From NCBI GenBank assembly GCA_004431415.1, contig QPMI01000436.1, positions 1 through 64,000 of the forward strand: a stretch of 64,000 nucleotides of DNA, written 5' to 3'. Position numbers and translations under genes: made by a program. Under the pieces are notes generated by a model. That model made no database searches, was not told the origin of the DNA, and saw only the letters and a program-made list of their open reading frames with translations. Source of the DNA: Cyanophora paradoxa CCMP329 (lineage: Eukaryota > Plantae > Glaucophyta). This document shows, piece by piece, positions 45,301 through 57,322 of the stretch. Position 1 is the stretch's first letter. Every line of letters starts with the position of its first letter.

Positions 45301-48300
45301 GGCCCCCATCGACGACTTGGGGATGCACGTGAAGACCTGAGGCAGGAAAGCGGCGTTATTATTCCTTACTTCTTCCATTAAAACAGCAACAGTTCTAGCT
45401 CACCGAGATGGCGATCTTGCGCTCGCGGTCGAGGCCTCGGATCACGGGTACGATGAGGTGCTCCTGCGCGCGCGCGCGCTTCTCAGCAAAACGGACCCTC
45501 CCGGCGGATCCGAGCCTATCGATATCCTAGAGCACGCACTTTGACGCTGTAGATGAGGAGCAGCAGGAGGGCCGCCACGCAGACCTGCACGCGGGGCGGG
45601 AATGCGAGGGTGAGCCGGCGACGACTTCCTTTGCTATATGCTTTATGTACATTTCTAGACGACTTGCATCGGCGGCGGCCGCGCCCCGCGCGACCTTGCT
45701 TTATGTACATGTCTAAAGCGGCGGCAACGGCGGCGGCCTGCAGCGGGCGCGCGGCTATTTTCTATTATTCTCTTCGGGCGACCGTATCCGCTCCTACAGA
45801 CTTGGAAAGCCCCGCCCACGCGCACCTGGACGGCGATGCGGAGGCGGCCGGCCTGGATGTTGGAGGAGCAGTAGAGGGCGGTGGCGTTGGCGAAGGAGCC
45901 GAGGGCCACGTCGGCGTTGGCGGTGAGGAAGCGGAGGGGGATCTGCCGCTCGGGCTCCAGCTCCGCCGCGTTCGGCGCCCCCGCCTCCGCCACGTCCAGC
46001 GCCTTCCGCACGAACCGGTTCCCTGCGCGCCGCGGGCCGGGGCCGGGGCGTCAGTCAGCCGGCCGAGCTCGAGAGAGAGAGAGCGCAGGCGAGTGAGCCG
46101 AAGTCCGATCCGATGGGCCCGTCTCTAGCGGGCGAGCTACAGCTGTAACGACGCCCCGTAGAGTAGTCCCAGCGGGCGGGGCGGGGCGGGGCGGACCGAA
46201 GTCCCAGAGGGAGCGGGTGGCGGTGTGGCCGGCGACGAGGTCGTCCTCCGTCCGCACCACGGGCGCCTCCATGAGGCCCCGCAGCTCCCGCTCCCCCAGG
46301 AACGCGTTCGTGTACAGCTGCCGCCGAGCCGAGCCGAGGCGGGTCAGAGAGAGGGAGACCGGAGAGAGAACGGTGATTGTCCAATCGCTTGTAGCTTAGG
46401 TTCTGAGCCGTGCCGGGCGCACCTGCTTGTGGAGGGAGTGGAGGCGCTTGGCGGCTGTGCGGAGGGCGGCCTGCGCGGCGGCCGCCGCGGCGAAGTCGCC
46501 CCGCGCCCGCGCCGCCACGACCGTCCGCGCCAGCAGCGGCGTCTCCTGCGAGGGCGAGGCCTGGGGTCAGAATCCTAATCTTGACCTCTCGCGCGCCAGA
46601 ATTCTTATCTTGACCTCTAAAGCTTTAATTTGATCTGCTCACCTGGGAGAGGCGGGTGCGCTCAACGGAGGCGCCCAGGACGCCGACGACCTCCCGCGTG
46701 TTGTCCACCAGCGAGCGAACCTGCGCGCGGTTATAGTCAGAGATAGAGACCGAGAAGCGAGGTTGCTTGAGGCAGGTCGGCCTGGCGGGCCATTCCAAGC
46801 TACCCCAAGCCACCTAAGCCACCCGTCGGCAATGGAGCTTCGGAGCGCACCGAGAGGTAGTAGCCGGCGCCCAGGACGACGGCGAGGAGCAGCAGGCCGA
46901 CGGTGCGGCGCACGAGGCTGTCCACCGCCGCGCTGTTCGAGGCGCGCTTGACGCGGACCCGCAGGTCCTGCTGCTTCTGCGCCTCGGCCGACATCGCGAC
47001 GGTCCGGTTGTTGCCCGTCTCCGAGAAGCTGTCCTCCTCGGAGCCGATCCCGATGGCGGAGAGGGCCCGAGCGGTCGTCGCGCCGCCCCCGAAGCCCGTC
47101 GTGATCTGGCCGGTCTGGAGGGAGCGGCGGCCCGGGAGGGCGCGGCGCCAGCCCCAGCCGTTGACGGCGCTGCCCTCGCGCCAGGCGCCGCCGCCGGTGA
47201 CGCTGCCCTCGCGGAACGCCGTGCGCACCTCCGCCAGGTCGCCCGACTCGGACCCGTTCGGGCGGGAGGGCCGGCCCCGCGCCTGGCGCCGCTGCTGCAG
47301 CCCCGCCCCGGAGAGCGGCCGCGGCGCAGGGAACTCGCCGTCCCGGAAGCTGGCCGGGGCCGGCACCCGCACTGGCGCCTCGGAGGCGGCGGCCGCCGGG
47401 CCCATGCCCGCGAACGCGGGTTCGTCCCCGTCCTCCCCGCCCTGCGCACGCGCGCGCGCTCGCTTCTCTACTACTGCAAACGGGCCAGAGGGACGGGGCA
47501 GGCGCACCTCGCCGCCGCCCTCCTGGAGCTTGGCCTGCTCGTCGGCCTCGTGCATGTACCGCTCCGCGAGGTCCAGGTCCCACGAGACCCGCGACAGGAA
47601 CCGCGCGTCTGATCGTTCAAAGAAAGGACGTAGTAGAACGTCAGAGAAAGGAGCGGCGGGGCGAAGGCCGGGGCGGACAGGCTGCCATGAGGCGGCGGGA
47701 TCTGAAGCGGCCGAGGAGGCGCCTGTACTTCGCGTCGCCCCGCTTCCGGCTGTGCGCGATGCTCTCCGACACCTGGCGAGGAGGCGGCGGGCTCGGCTCA
47801 GATCAATTCAAATCAGATCGGATCAGATCAGATCAGATCAGATCAGATGACCTTGGCGAGGAGGTGGGGGTCGAGGTCGTTGCGGAGGAGGGTCTCCCAG
47901 AAGGTCCGGATCCGCGCCAGGGCCTGGCCGTGGGGGACGAGGCGGGGGGCGAGCGCGCGTGAGCGGCGGCTCGGCTCGGCTCAGGATCCAATCTAGATCT
48001 AACATCCGCGAAGCTCTCTTCTCCTTCTTAAGCTTTCAGGGGAGCCCGCGCACCTCCGCGTGGACGCGCTTCGCCACGCCGAACTCCTCCTGGAACGTCA
48101 GCGACGACTCCCCCAGCATCTGGGCGAACGGATCAGATCAGATCTGATCTGATCCGATCTGAGCTCGTCCGGCTGACCTGCTCGATGGCCTCGATGCGCT
48201 TGCGGTTGATGGCATACATGCGGAAGCGCCAGGGGAACCAGAGGTGCGCGGTGGAGAGCTTGCAGAGGTGCTGGATGAGCGTCGAGGGGTCCTTGGACCA

Positions 48301-50176
48301 AAGAAGAAACTCCGCGTATGCGACCCGCAGGCACTGCGTCCAAGTCTTCCCTAAGAGAAAGCTTCCTTAGGAAAGGCGGAGGAGGACGGACGGACCTGGG
48401 AGTCGGGGTCCTTGTCGAGGGCGGCGAGGAGGATGCGCTCGGCCTCGCTCGAGTCGTGCTTCTCGCAGAGGGGCCGCACGCAGAGCGGCACCTCGTGGCC
48501 CCAGGGCGCCGGCCCCGAGGGCGCCGGGGGCGTCCCCGAGCAGACGGCGCGGTACCGCCGGCGCGTGGCGCTCCAGGCGACCCAGCCGGCGAGGGGCCCC
48601 AGGCCGGCCAGCGCCACTGCGATGTTCTGCGGCGCCACGATCTCGAAGATCTGCCGCCGCCGCCGCCGCCGCGCGGATCAGACTTCTTCCATCGGAGGCG
48701 CGCGCGGCGTGGGCGGCGCGGTGGGGGAGGGGCGGACCGAAAGGAGGCAGAGGATCACCGAGACGATTCCGACGGCCGACCCGGCGACGCGCTGCGGAGC
48801 CTCCGCCTCAGAAGGGGCCGACGCGAACGGGGCGGAGGAGTCGGTCAGTCTGGCTGGCCGGCGGCGCACGGTCTGCGAGTGCCGCAGGGACGGCTCGGAG
48901 AAGAAGAGGAGCTCGTGGGCGGCCAGGGCGGCGAGGACCGCGAGGCACAGCAGCTGCGCGGCGGCGGGGCGCGGCGCTGAGACGAGGCTCGCCACGAGCG
49001 CCGTGCGGCCCAGCTCCTGCGCCAGAGAGCCGCTCCACGCCCTGTTCCGCGGCGAGGGGCCCTCCAGCGCCGGCGCTGCGAACGAAGAAGGGGGGGGGAT
49101 GAGAAGGGGGGAAGAAGACAGAGGAGGGTCCGGGGGGTACCGTAGTCGAGGAGGGAGAGGAGGAGGACGGAGCAGAGGACGCCGGCGGCGACGAGGAGAT
49201 CGAGGCCGCAGAGGACGACGCCGAAGCCCGTGAGAGATTCGAACCCGAGCCAGCATGTGGAGACCTGCTCTTGGTCTTCAGGCCATACGGAGGAGCGGAG
49301 GCCCGGCGCGATCTGCACCGAGGAGAGGGCCTGCTTTAGCACGCAGACGACGACCAGGGGCTTCAGCGTCCGCCAGAGCAGCCGGAACGCCCACACTGCG
49401 GGCGCGCGCGCGCATCGGATCAGCCGCAGGACGGCGAGGGCGGCGGCGAGGCGAGCGCGAGGAGCCCGGGTCCCACCGAGCGTCCAGCTGTCCTCCTGCG
49501 GCACTCCGTGCTGCGTGCGCGGAAGCGTCGGAAGAGTGGGAGGAGGCGCCGCGGCGACGGCGCGCACGCGGAAGTGCTGGTGGAGCCGGAAGCAGTGCGT
49601 GCAGAAGGCGGCGAGTAGGGCGAGCGGTGCGAGGGAGCCCAGGGCCGAGGCGAAGTAGAATCCGTACAGGTACCGAGCCAGCGGGCCTGCGGGGAGACGT
49701 CTCGGGATGCGCCGCGGCCGGGGGCGCGCCGCGACCGTCGCGGACGAACCGGCGAGGTCGCCATAGAAGGCGAGGAGCGGAAAGAGGGCGAACTGCGAGG
49801 CGGGCGGGCGCGAGTCAATCGTCGGTAACAGCAGTTGCGCAGCAAACGTGCGAACCTGGAGGCTCTCGAAAGCGACGCGGCCCTGCTTGTCCGGCGTGTC
49901 GAGGCCGTCATCGTTGAAAGCTGCGGACGGCGGTCTTCGCGGGCCGTCCGGGGGACCATCCCCGCCCCACACGTACGCACCCAAGTACGATATGCGGAAG
50001 AAGCCGAACTCCAGGCGGCGACGCCACGCCTTCACCCGCGTCAGCTGCCGGCCCCATCGATATCAGTACTCGCAACAGAGCACGGCGAGCGAGCGCTGGC
50101 AGCCTCAAGGAAACAGGCGATCTATGCGGCTACCGCCCTCGCGACGCCCCGACGGATCGCTCACCCACTCGGCCAT
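36348..50176 (-). CDS. Giant multi-pass membrane hybrid histidine kinase: TM region + TmcB/TmcC-like helical domain + further TM/extracellular modules + 2 PAS + HisKA + HATPase + degenerate REC + REC; many exons
   Basis: H-box F|LANISH|EIRT|PLNGIIGM; [15 protein letters not shown]; [10 protein letters not shown]|ANGVKFT; VRDSGLGI; [18 protein letters not shown]|[22 protein letters not shown]: ILIVE|DNAVN...LVLMDCQ|MPRKDG...PIVGLTAHA...ITKP. PAS: NHAAEKIFG and NAAAERMFG...GSEFPVEI. Upstream exons are co-oriented with no intervening gene end; the start MAEW is inferred. Confidence 0.88.
40463..40540. repeat. Intronic 18-bp minisatellite, ~4 copies
   Basis: GATCGACG(A/G)AAAG(T/C)TCGG units inside a kinase intron. 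Confidence 0.85.
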
Positions 50177-50592
50177 CTCTTAGGGATCGCCGGGGACGGC
50201 CTCCCTCGCCGCCTAGACGGCGTCCGGGCACGACGTCCGCTGCAAGACAGCTAGCAAGATGCTTTGGAATGGAATCTGTACTGCGTAAGCTGATCGTCCG
50301 TGCGCGGAGGTCTCGGAGGGAATCGCCGGGCCCGATCCAGCTTCGCGGGCTGGACGTAACCTACGCTCCTGCTAGTATGCTACACGCGTGCTGTGCTCCG
50401 ACCGGCTCCACAGATGTGGAGGTGCACGTCACAGGATCTATGGCGAGCTTTCTTCAATTTGCAAGCCATTGAGGTCGCCCTTCACCCCCCGCCCTTCACT
50501 TCCCCCCTCTCCCTGCGCATCGTACCCGTCTGGCACAGCGACATCAAAAGCGCCTTCGCCGGCCATCCTCGCATTCTTTGAGATAGAAAGCG

Positions 50593-51036
50593 ATGTCGGG
50601 ACGCCAGGTTCGTCATTCCCGACGCCTGGCATCCGCATTGGCGTCTTTCGTCGTTCCACGCGTCCACGGGTCTCACCTTCGCCGCAGGGTGGCAAGCTCA
50701 AGCCGCTCAAGCAGCCGAAGGCTGGGGAGAAGGTTCTGACCGAGGAGGGTGCGCGTCGCTCGTGAATCTGCTGCCGGACGTCCGACCCTCGCTCTCCAGA
50801 TCTCGAGTTCCAGAAGAAGCAGAAGGAGCAGCAGGCGGAGCTCAAGAAGCTCCAGGCGAGTGCGACGGCCTCGCTTTGCCGCCTCCGTCGCTTACGCGCC
50901 ATTCCATCGCACAGGATGCCGCCAAGTCCGGCAAGTCACTTGTGCAGGCGAGCCCCCATCCAGACGCAGCTTTCGTAGCTGTAAGGCACCTCTGACCTCG
51001 CTGCAGATGGGGCGCGCAAAAGGCGGCAAGAAGTGA
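50593..51036 (+). CDS. TMA7: Translation machinery-associated protein 7 (5 exons)
   Basis: Spliced product MSGRQ|GGKLKPLKQPKAGEKVLTEE|DLEFQKKQKEQQAELKKLQ|DAAKSGKSLVQ|MGRAKGGKK* fits the TMA7/CCDC72 pattern. Two GT-AG and two GC-AG introns. Confidence 0.92.
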
Positions 51037-51169
51037 GTGCGTGATGTGATGTAGCTTAGTTGCCTGCTAGTTCGTGGATAGGAAATCTTTAGAGTGTTTC
51101 AACCGAGCATCAATTTCTTTTGCGACACCCGCCGCCCTCCTGGCGGCAGCGCGGGTTAAGACAGCCTCC

Positions 51170-51456
51170 AGTTCTCGCGCCCGGCAGCCTGCGCATGCCG
51201 CAGTGACGCGCGCGCCGCTTTAGATGTCGAGCCCCTCTCCAAATCCTCAGTCCGCTGTATAGTTCCGGGGGCTCAGTCAAACCGCTCCATTTAGGACTCC
51301 GGCCGCGGGATCCGGGATCCGTATACGTAGATTCCGAAGTTCGCGCTCGCCCCCGGCAGCCGGGGGGCGCCTGCCGCAGGGACGCGCGCGCCGCTCTAGA
51401 TGTCGAGCTCCCCTCCCCGAGTCCGAATCCTCAGCCCGTTATATAGTTCCGGGGGC
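51170..51456. repeat. Degenerate ~175-bp period intergenic tandem duplication
   Basis: CCCGGCAGCC...GACGCGCGCGCCGCT(T/C)TAGATGTCGAGC...AATCCTCAG...TATAGTTCCGGGGGCT occurs twice. Confidence 0.8.
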
Positions 51457-51609
51457 TGGCGCGGGTCGCGGGCGCCGGCGTTGGGCTCGAACTCCGCGGC
51501 TGAGGGCTCGTTTCAAGTTTCGAGAGGAGACATCGCGGTAATCGATGCGCAAGGAACATCGTAAAGATCTGGAGCTATCTGAGATCATGTACAACTTGCC
51601 CCCGGTGAA

Positions 51610-54573
51610 TCACGCGTCTCGCGGTGCCATCTCGCAAGGCGGAGCTCCCGCCGGGAGGGCGCAGCCGTCATCCGACGCCGACACAGCGGGGTCCGGCTTC
51701 GCTGGGGCGGCGGCGGGGGCCGGCTCTGAGGGCGCCGCGGCCTCGCTGGAGGTCGATGCCGGCGCCGGGGCAGCAGCCGGGGCTGGGGCAGCGGCCGGGG
51801 CCGGGGCCGAAGCCGGGGCCGAAGCCGGGGGCGGGGCCGGCGGCGGGTGCGCTATCTTGTCATCCACGGACTTCACCGCGACGGGCTGGATGCGGCGCTT
51901 GGGCTTCGCGCCTCCCGCCGCCGCGGCCGGCGCCGGCGCCGCAGCCGAGGCTGGCGCCGAAGCGAGCGCTGAGACAGGGGCCGGAGCCGGCGCTGCTGGC
52001 TCTGGGGCTGTGGTGGAGGCAGAAGTCGTGGCCGCGGGAAGCGCGGGGGCGGAGGGGGAGGCGGGTGCCGGGGCGGGGACGGGGACGGCGGCGGGGGCGG
52101 ACGGAGGGGGCGAGGCGGGGGCGGGCTGGGCGGGGGCGGGCGGGGCGGGATTCGTGTCCTCATTGTCGAGGACGACGAGGACGGGCGCGGCGGGGGCCGC
52201 CGGCTTGGCAGCCGGGGCCGCCGGGGCGGGCGCCGCCTTGGCAGGGGACTTGCCTGCGCGAGACCACGGGTCGGGGTGTCAACGCCGGGACGGGTACGGG
52301 CTCGAGGGAAAGGGGGTACCGTCCTCGTCCTCATCGTCGCGAATCACGTTCTTCCTCTTCCGTGGCAGGAGCGTGTTCCCGAGGCCGGCGGAGCGCTTGG
52401 CGGCCACGGGGGACTCGTCCGCCTCGAAGTCGTTCGCGGGGATGGGCGGGGGCAGCGCGGCCGGCGCGGGGCGGCCCTTGGCGCCCTCTGGGAGCTCTGC
52501 AGGCGGGGCGCTCAGCGGAAGGGAAGGGGCGTCGTTGAAAGAAAGGCGAGAGCGCACCCTCGGCGGGGAGCGGCTCGCCGAGCTCGCCCTCGGCGAAGTA
52601 GATGAAGGAGCAGTAGTGGTCGCGCGAGGAGACGGCGACGGTGCGGCCGTCGCGGGACCACGAGAGGTCCGTGATGTTCGCGGCGTGCAGGCCGTGGGCG
52701 ACGGCGAAGGGGTACGGCAGCTGCGTGTCGTAGAAGAAGACCGAGTTGAGGCAAGCGACCGCGAAGACCATGCGGTAGGGGAGCTCCAGAAGGCTGCCCG
52801 AGACGCCCACGCCGGCGCGGGCGTCCGCCTGCTCGCCCGCCGACTTCGCCGGCGTCTCCGGGCCCGAGGCGGGCGCCGTCGCGGGCGCGAGCTTGTACAG
52901 CACGGGGCTGAAGCGCACGGCTATCGAGGGCTTGTTGCACGGCAGGTGGAAGATCGGCCTGCGGGGCGCGCGCCGTTCAGGCAGAGGCGGAGGCGGAGCG
53001 AGTTGGGCGGCGCGGAGGCGGGAGGGAGGGCCCCGCACCGCTCGAGGTCCCGGCGGGCGAAGACGTATGTGGTGTTGGGGGAGGGGAAGCCCTTGCACTC
53101 GGGCGGGGCGGACGCAGCAGGGGCGACGAAGATCGAGCCGTCGGGGGACCACGCAGGGGAGCGGCGGAACCTGCCGGTGAGGTGAGGCGGAGCGGGGCGG
53201 GGCGGGCGGCGGCGGCGGCGGCGCACGTAAGGAACGAATCGTCGAGGAAGAGGCGAGGCTTGGGCGCCGCCTTCGTCTTTGCGCACGTCCCCGGCACGCT
53301 ACCGCCCTGGGACCCGTCGGCGCCGCCGGCGCCGGCGCCGGGCGGCGGGCTCGCCGGCTGCCCGTCCGCCTCCGCGTCGCCCTTCTTCCGCTTCTTCTTT
53401 GGGTCATCGTCCTCTGCGGGAAGAGCGCGTCGGCCGGCCGTCCGGCCCCAGCGCCGCCCGCCCGCCCTTCGCACCGTCGCCGTCGCGGAAGAGTCGGAAC
53501 AGATCGAAGACCATGACCATCGCGTCCTGTTTCCTCTTGCCCTTGATCAGAGCGCTCTTCTTGCCTGCGAGAGCGTGAGTCATCAGAGCTCCTCTTGCTT
53601 GCGAGAGCGAAACGCACCGAGCTTCTCCTGCTCGGCCCGCAGGTAGTACACGCGGCAGGAGCGGTCGGCGGCCTGCGGAGAAGGTCAGGCACGCGCGAGC
53701 ATCGTGGGCGGAGGCAGAGACGCGCCTGGGTGCAGACGAACTCGTTGAGGGGGTCCCACGCGGTTCCCTGCACGAAGTGACCGTGGTCGTTCGAGACGCA
53801 TACGGGCCTCCCTGCGGCGCACGGCGGTGAGCGGCCCGCACGCGCTGGGAGCGCAGCGGAGGCGGCAGCGCGCACGTGTCTCCGCGAGGTCCCACAGGAC
53901 CGACGCGTGGTCGACGTGGCCCGTGAGAATCTGCTGCCCGTTCGGCGACCAGCAGAGATCGTAGATCTCGCCGTGGCCAGTTCTGCGTACGACAGCGTCC
54001 CGATCAGTCGTATTGAATGCGCAAGAGCGACTTTGCGCACGTGACGTGGTGCGCTACCGTCCACTTCTCCACAGGGCCATCGCAGCGCTTCCAGACAAGC
54101 AGGATACCATCTGCACGAGCCACGGAACGGTCGCACGTATTAGCTAGCGCAACTGCTTTAGGCCGCAGCGCAGCCGGGCCGCCCAGCGCACCGTCCGAGC
54201 CCGAGGCGAGCAGGTCGCCTGGATTTGAAAAGAGCGGGCCGCGTCGGCGTGTGCGACACGCGGGACCGTCACAAGAGAAGCGCACCAGACGGTGAGAAGC
54301 GAACAGCGTTCACAGCCCGCTGGTGGGCGACCAGCGTGCAGAGGTAGACCACATCAGGCGCGCCGTCATCTCCCTTCCGGTCGATACGCCACAGCTGCAG
54401 CGCAGCTAGAGTTGGAAATGCACGCGGAATCGCGATGCGAGCAGCTCGGCTCGCACCTTGATCTCGTTGTCGCCGCCGCCCGTCGCAAGGCGGTCCGAGC
54501 ACGGGCTGCAATCGAGGCAGAAGACTGGCACGTTCTTATCGTGCCAGATAATCTGCGGCGTCTTGGCCCGCAT
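51610..54573 (-). CDS. CHAF1B: Chromatin assembly factor 1 subunit B (p60/Cac2/FAS2), WD40
   Basis: MRAKTPQIIWHD, RLATGGGDNEIK, AHQRAVNAVRFSPS|GDLLASGSD, EIYDLCWSP, DHGHFVQGTAWDPLNEF, LELPYRMVFAVA, YDTQ, GLHAANITDLSWS, and a C-terminal Asf1-binding B-domain-like KRRIQP. Confidence 0.93.
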
Positions 54574-55266
54574 GGCTCGGGTGCCAAGATCTGTTCAAAC
54601 TCTGGCGGGACTCCGGGGGGTACGCGAATCCTGAGCGAACGCGAGCTGCGGCGTCACTGCGGCTGAGAGCTCGAGCAGTACCGGCACCGGTACTGTCCCG
54701 CGCCGCCTCGGCGCGGCGGCCAGCTAGCGCTAGCGCGCGCTGCGGTGTCGGGCGCCCGCGACCGCGGCCGGCCGCGCACTGAGACATTCGAATTCCATGA
54801 TCACGTGAACGACCCACAACCGCAAGATCTAGATCAAATCTTGCAGCACCGCCGGGCCGGCGCCCGGCGCGCGCCGGCCGCGCACTGCGGCATCGATATC
54901 CGACAGCCCGCCGTCCGACGGTCGACGCTTCCGCGGGCGGCGCCCGGCCGCGGCTGCCGCTGAGCTGCCGGCTGCCACGGTGTCCTGGATCATCGGATGC
55001 GCACAGCGGCGCGGCCCACCCTAGCGTAGCGTTCAGCCGAGCACCTCCTTACGTTTCTAGACCGAGGTTCTACAGGATGCTCTCTCAACATGTACAGGAT
55101 GACAATCGATCAAACGGTTGGGCCCGGGGAAGACGGAGCCGGAATGGACGGGGCCCGAGGGTTAGGGCTGGAGACGGCGCCCGTCGGGGGGACGCCGCTG
55201 GCGCGGCGGGCTCGCGGGCCCCGGCGGGCGGGGCGCGGCCGGACGGGGCGGGGCGGGGCGGGGCGG

Positions 55267-57173
55267 CTAGTGCTCCTCGTACGCGAATTCGCCCTGCTTA
55301 TCAGGGGGCAGATCGTCGGCGAATGCCACCGTGTTCTGCTCCTGCCGCTTCCCGTTCGACGAGAACGTACCCACGTGCTGCGCGGAGGGGTACGTCGTCA
55401 AGAGTAGGGCAAGGCTGCAGGCGGGGGTACGGGGTGCGAGCGCGCCTTGAAGAGTGCGGGCACGTGGACGTAGATCTTGCGGCCCGAATCGCCGATGTAG
55501 TTCGCCATCAGCATCTGCACGTTGACCTGAAGGCGGGGGGTACAGGTGAGCCGGGGGCGAGGGGGAAGTAGGGGGGGGGGGTAGGACCTCGCTGAAGTGC
55601 TTCCGCAGGTGATTCGAGAGCGCCTCCAGGTCCCTGTACGCCCCCAGGCCGCTCAGGGGGGTACCGGGGGCCCGGGGGGTACGGGGCCGGCACCTCGTGC
55701 GGATGACCTGCCCGATAAAGCCGAAGAACTCATCGGCGGGGTACTCGTCCTGCAGGGCGCGTGGCGTCACGCGCGGAGCCGGGGGGGATTCGGGGGAGGG
55801 GTAGACCATGTCGAGGTGGTTCCAGGGGGTATAGAAGGAGAGCATAAACCAGTCGCAGCGGTCCGTGAAGTGCGTCGTGACCCACCGGTCGAGCCGCCGG
55901 AACCTGTACCCCCGGTCAGGAGCGGCGGGGGTACAGCCCAGTCGGGTTAACGCGCCAGTCCTTCGCGGCAATGATGTCGTCCTCGAGCTGAACGTAGTAG
56001 TCCCCTGCGCCGCCCCGGCTCACTCGCAGTGGGCGGCGGGATGGGATGAGGGGGTACGCCCGCACCGGCCGAGCGGGCGTAGTGCATCAAGTGCGCGTAG
56101 TCTAGGACCTGCTTGGATCGCCACCGTGCCCGGGCCGGCTCCTCGTTCCGCATCCCCTTCAGCTCCCCCTCCAGCTCCCGGTGGCCTAGCGCTTTCTCCA
56201 TGATCTGCGAGGTGTGAGGCGCTGCGGCGGGGTACGGGTTCGTCTGGGGCACGGGTACCTCAATGTAGCTCGAGCCGACCTCGTCGATGTACTTCTTCCG
56301 AACTTTTGCAATCTCGAGATCTGCCGGAGCTCGCTCAGAGACGCTGAGAGACGGTCGAGGGCTGGGCGGCGAGGGGCGGGGCGCACGCTTCTCGGGCGGG
56401 TCCTCGCCGTTGTAAATGATGAAGGTCACTCGCCACTGCTCATCCTCCGGGACCGTCTCGACGACGCTCTGCCGCACCCGGCACCGTTCGACGGGCGGGC
56501 GGGCGCGCGGGGCGGATTCCAATGTACGCGAGGCGCACCTCGAGGGTCCGCAGAAGATAGTTCTCCTTCTCGCGGTACACGGAGGGGATGCCGAAGACAT
56601 ACCTAGGTGTCTTAACGCAGATGCACCTGCGCGAACGCAGCGCGCGCGCCCGTAAGCGCGCGCCGCGCGAGGGAAGGTCGCAGCAGCGCCGGCCGGCTGC
56701 ACCCTTCCTCGCTGAACTTCTCCCGTATGCTGCTGCGTTGCTTCCCGGTCGTGATTTCGCCGATCTTCGAGCGCGCTCGCCTTAGCTCCTCCTCCAGCTC
56801 GCCCCTGCGCCCCGAGGTTCTGCGCCGGAACGCGACTCATTGCCGCCAGAGCGCACCTCGCCTTGGTCTCCGCAGCGAGCCGCAGCTGCAGGTGCGAGAC
56901 GTGCGCGCGTAGCTCCTCCACGTCGCTCGAAACTTCGAGCTCCGCGCCGGGCTCGGAAAGCGACGGCGCGAGGTAGACGACCAGCGGGATGAGGGCGATC
57001 ATGCACAGCAGGGCCAACGGGCCTGGCAGCAGCCGCTTGCAGACAGCGATCATTCTCCGCAGCTTGTTCTTGAGTGTGCGGACCCGCGACGAGGTCCGCG
57101 CACGCGGCGCGGTCGAGCGCGGCGATGGCGGCGGGCTGTTCCCGCCGCCATACCCCCGCTCGCTTCCAGACAT
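55267..57173 (-). CDS. Glycosyltransferase family 54 (MGAT4/GnT-IV-like), type II membrane protein
   Basis: N-terminal TM plus coiled stem; IPSVYREKENYLLRTL; WRSKQVLDYAHLMHYA; YYVQLEDDIIA; FFGFIGQV; PALFK|HVGTFSS. Confidence 0.88.
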
Positions 57174-57322
57174 GCTGTAGCTACTCCTGAGAGCGACCAC
57201 CCTTCGCCATGCCGCGCGCTTGCGGAAGCTGAAGTCGGGAAGGGGGGATACCGGACAAACTGAAGTGCGGCGGGAGTTGCTGAGAGCCGGCAGCGGCCCC
57301 GCGCGGTGACGGCCCTCTCTCG

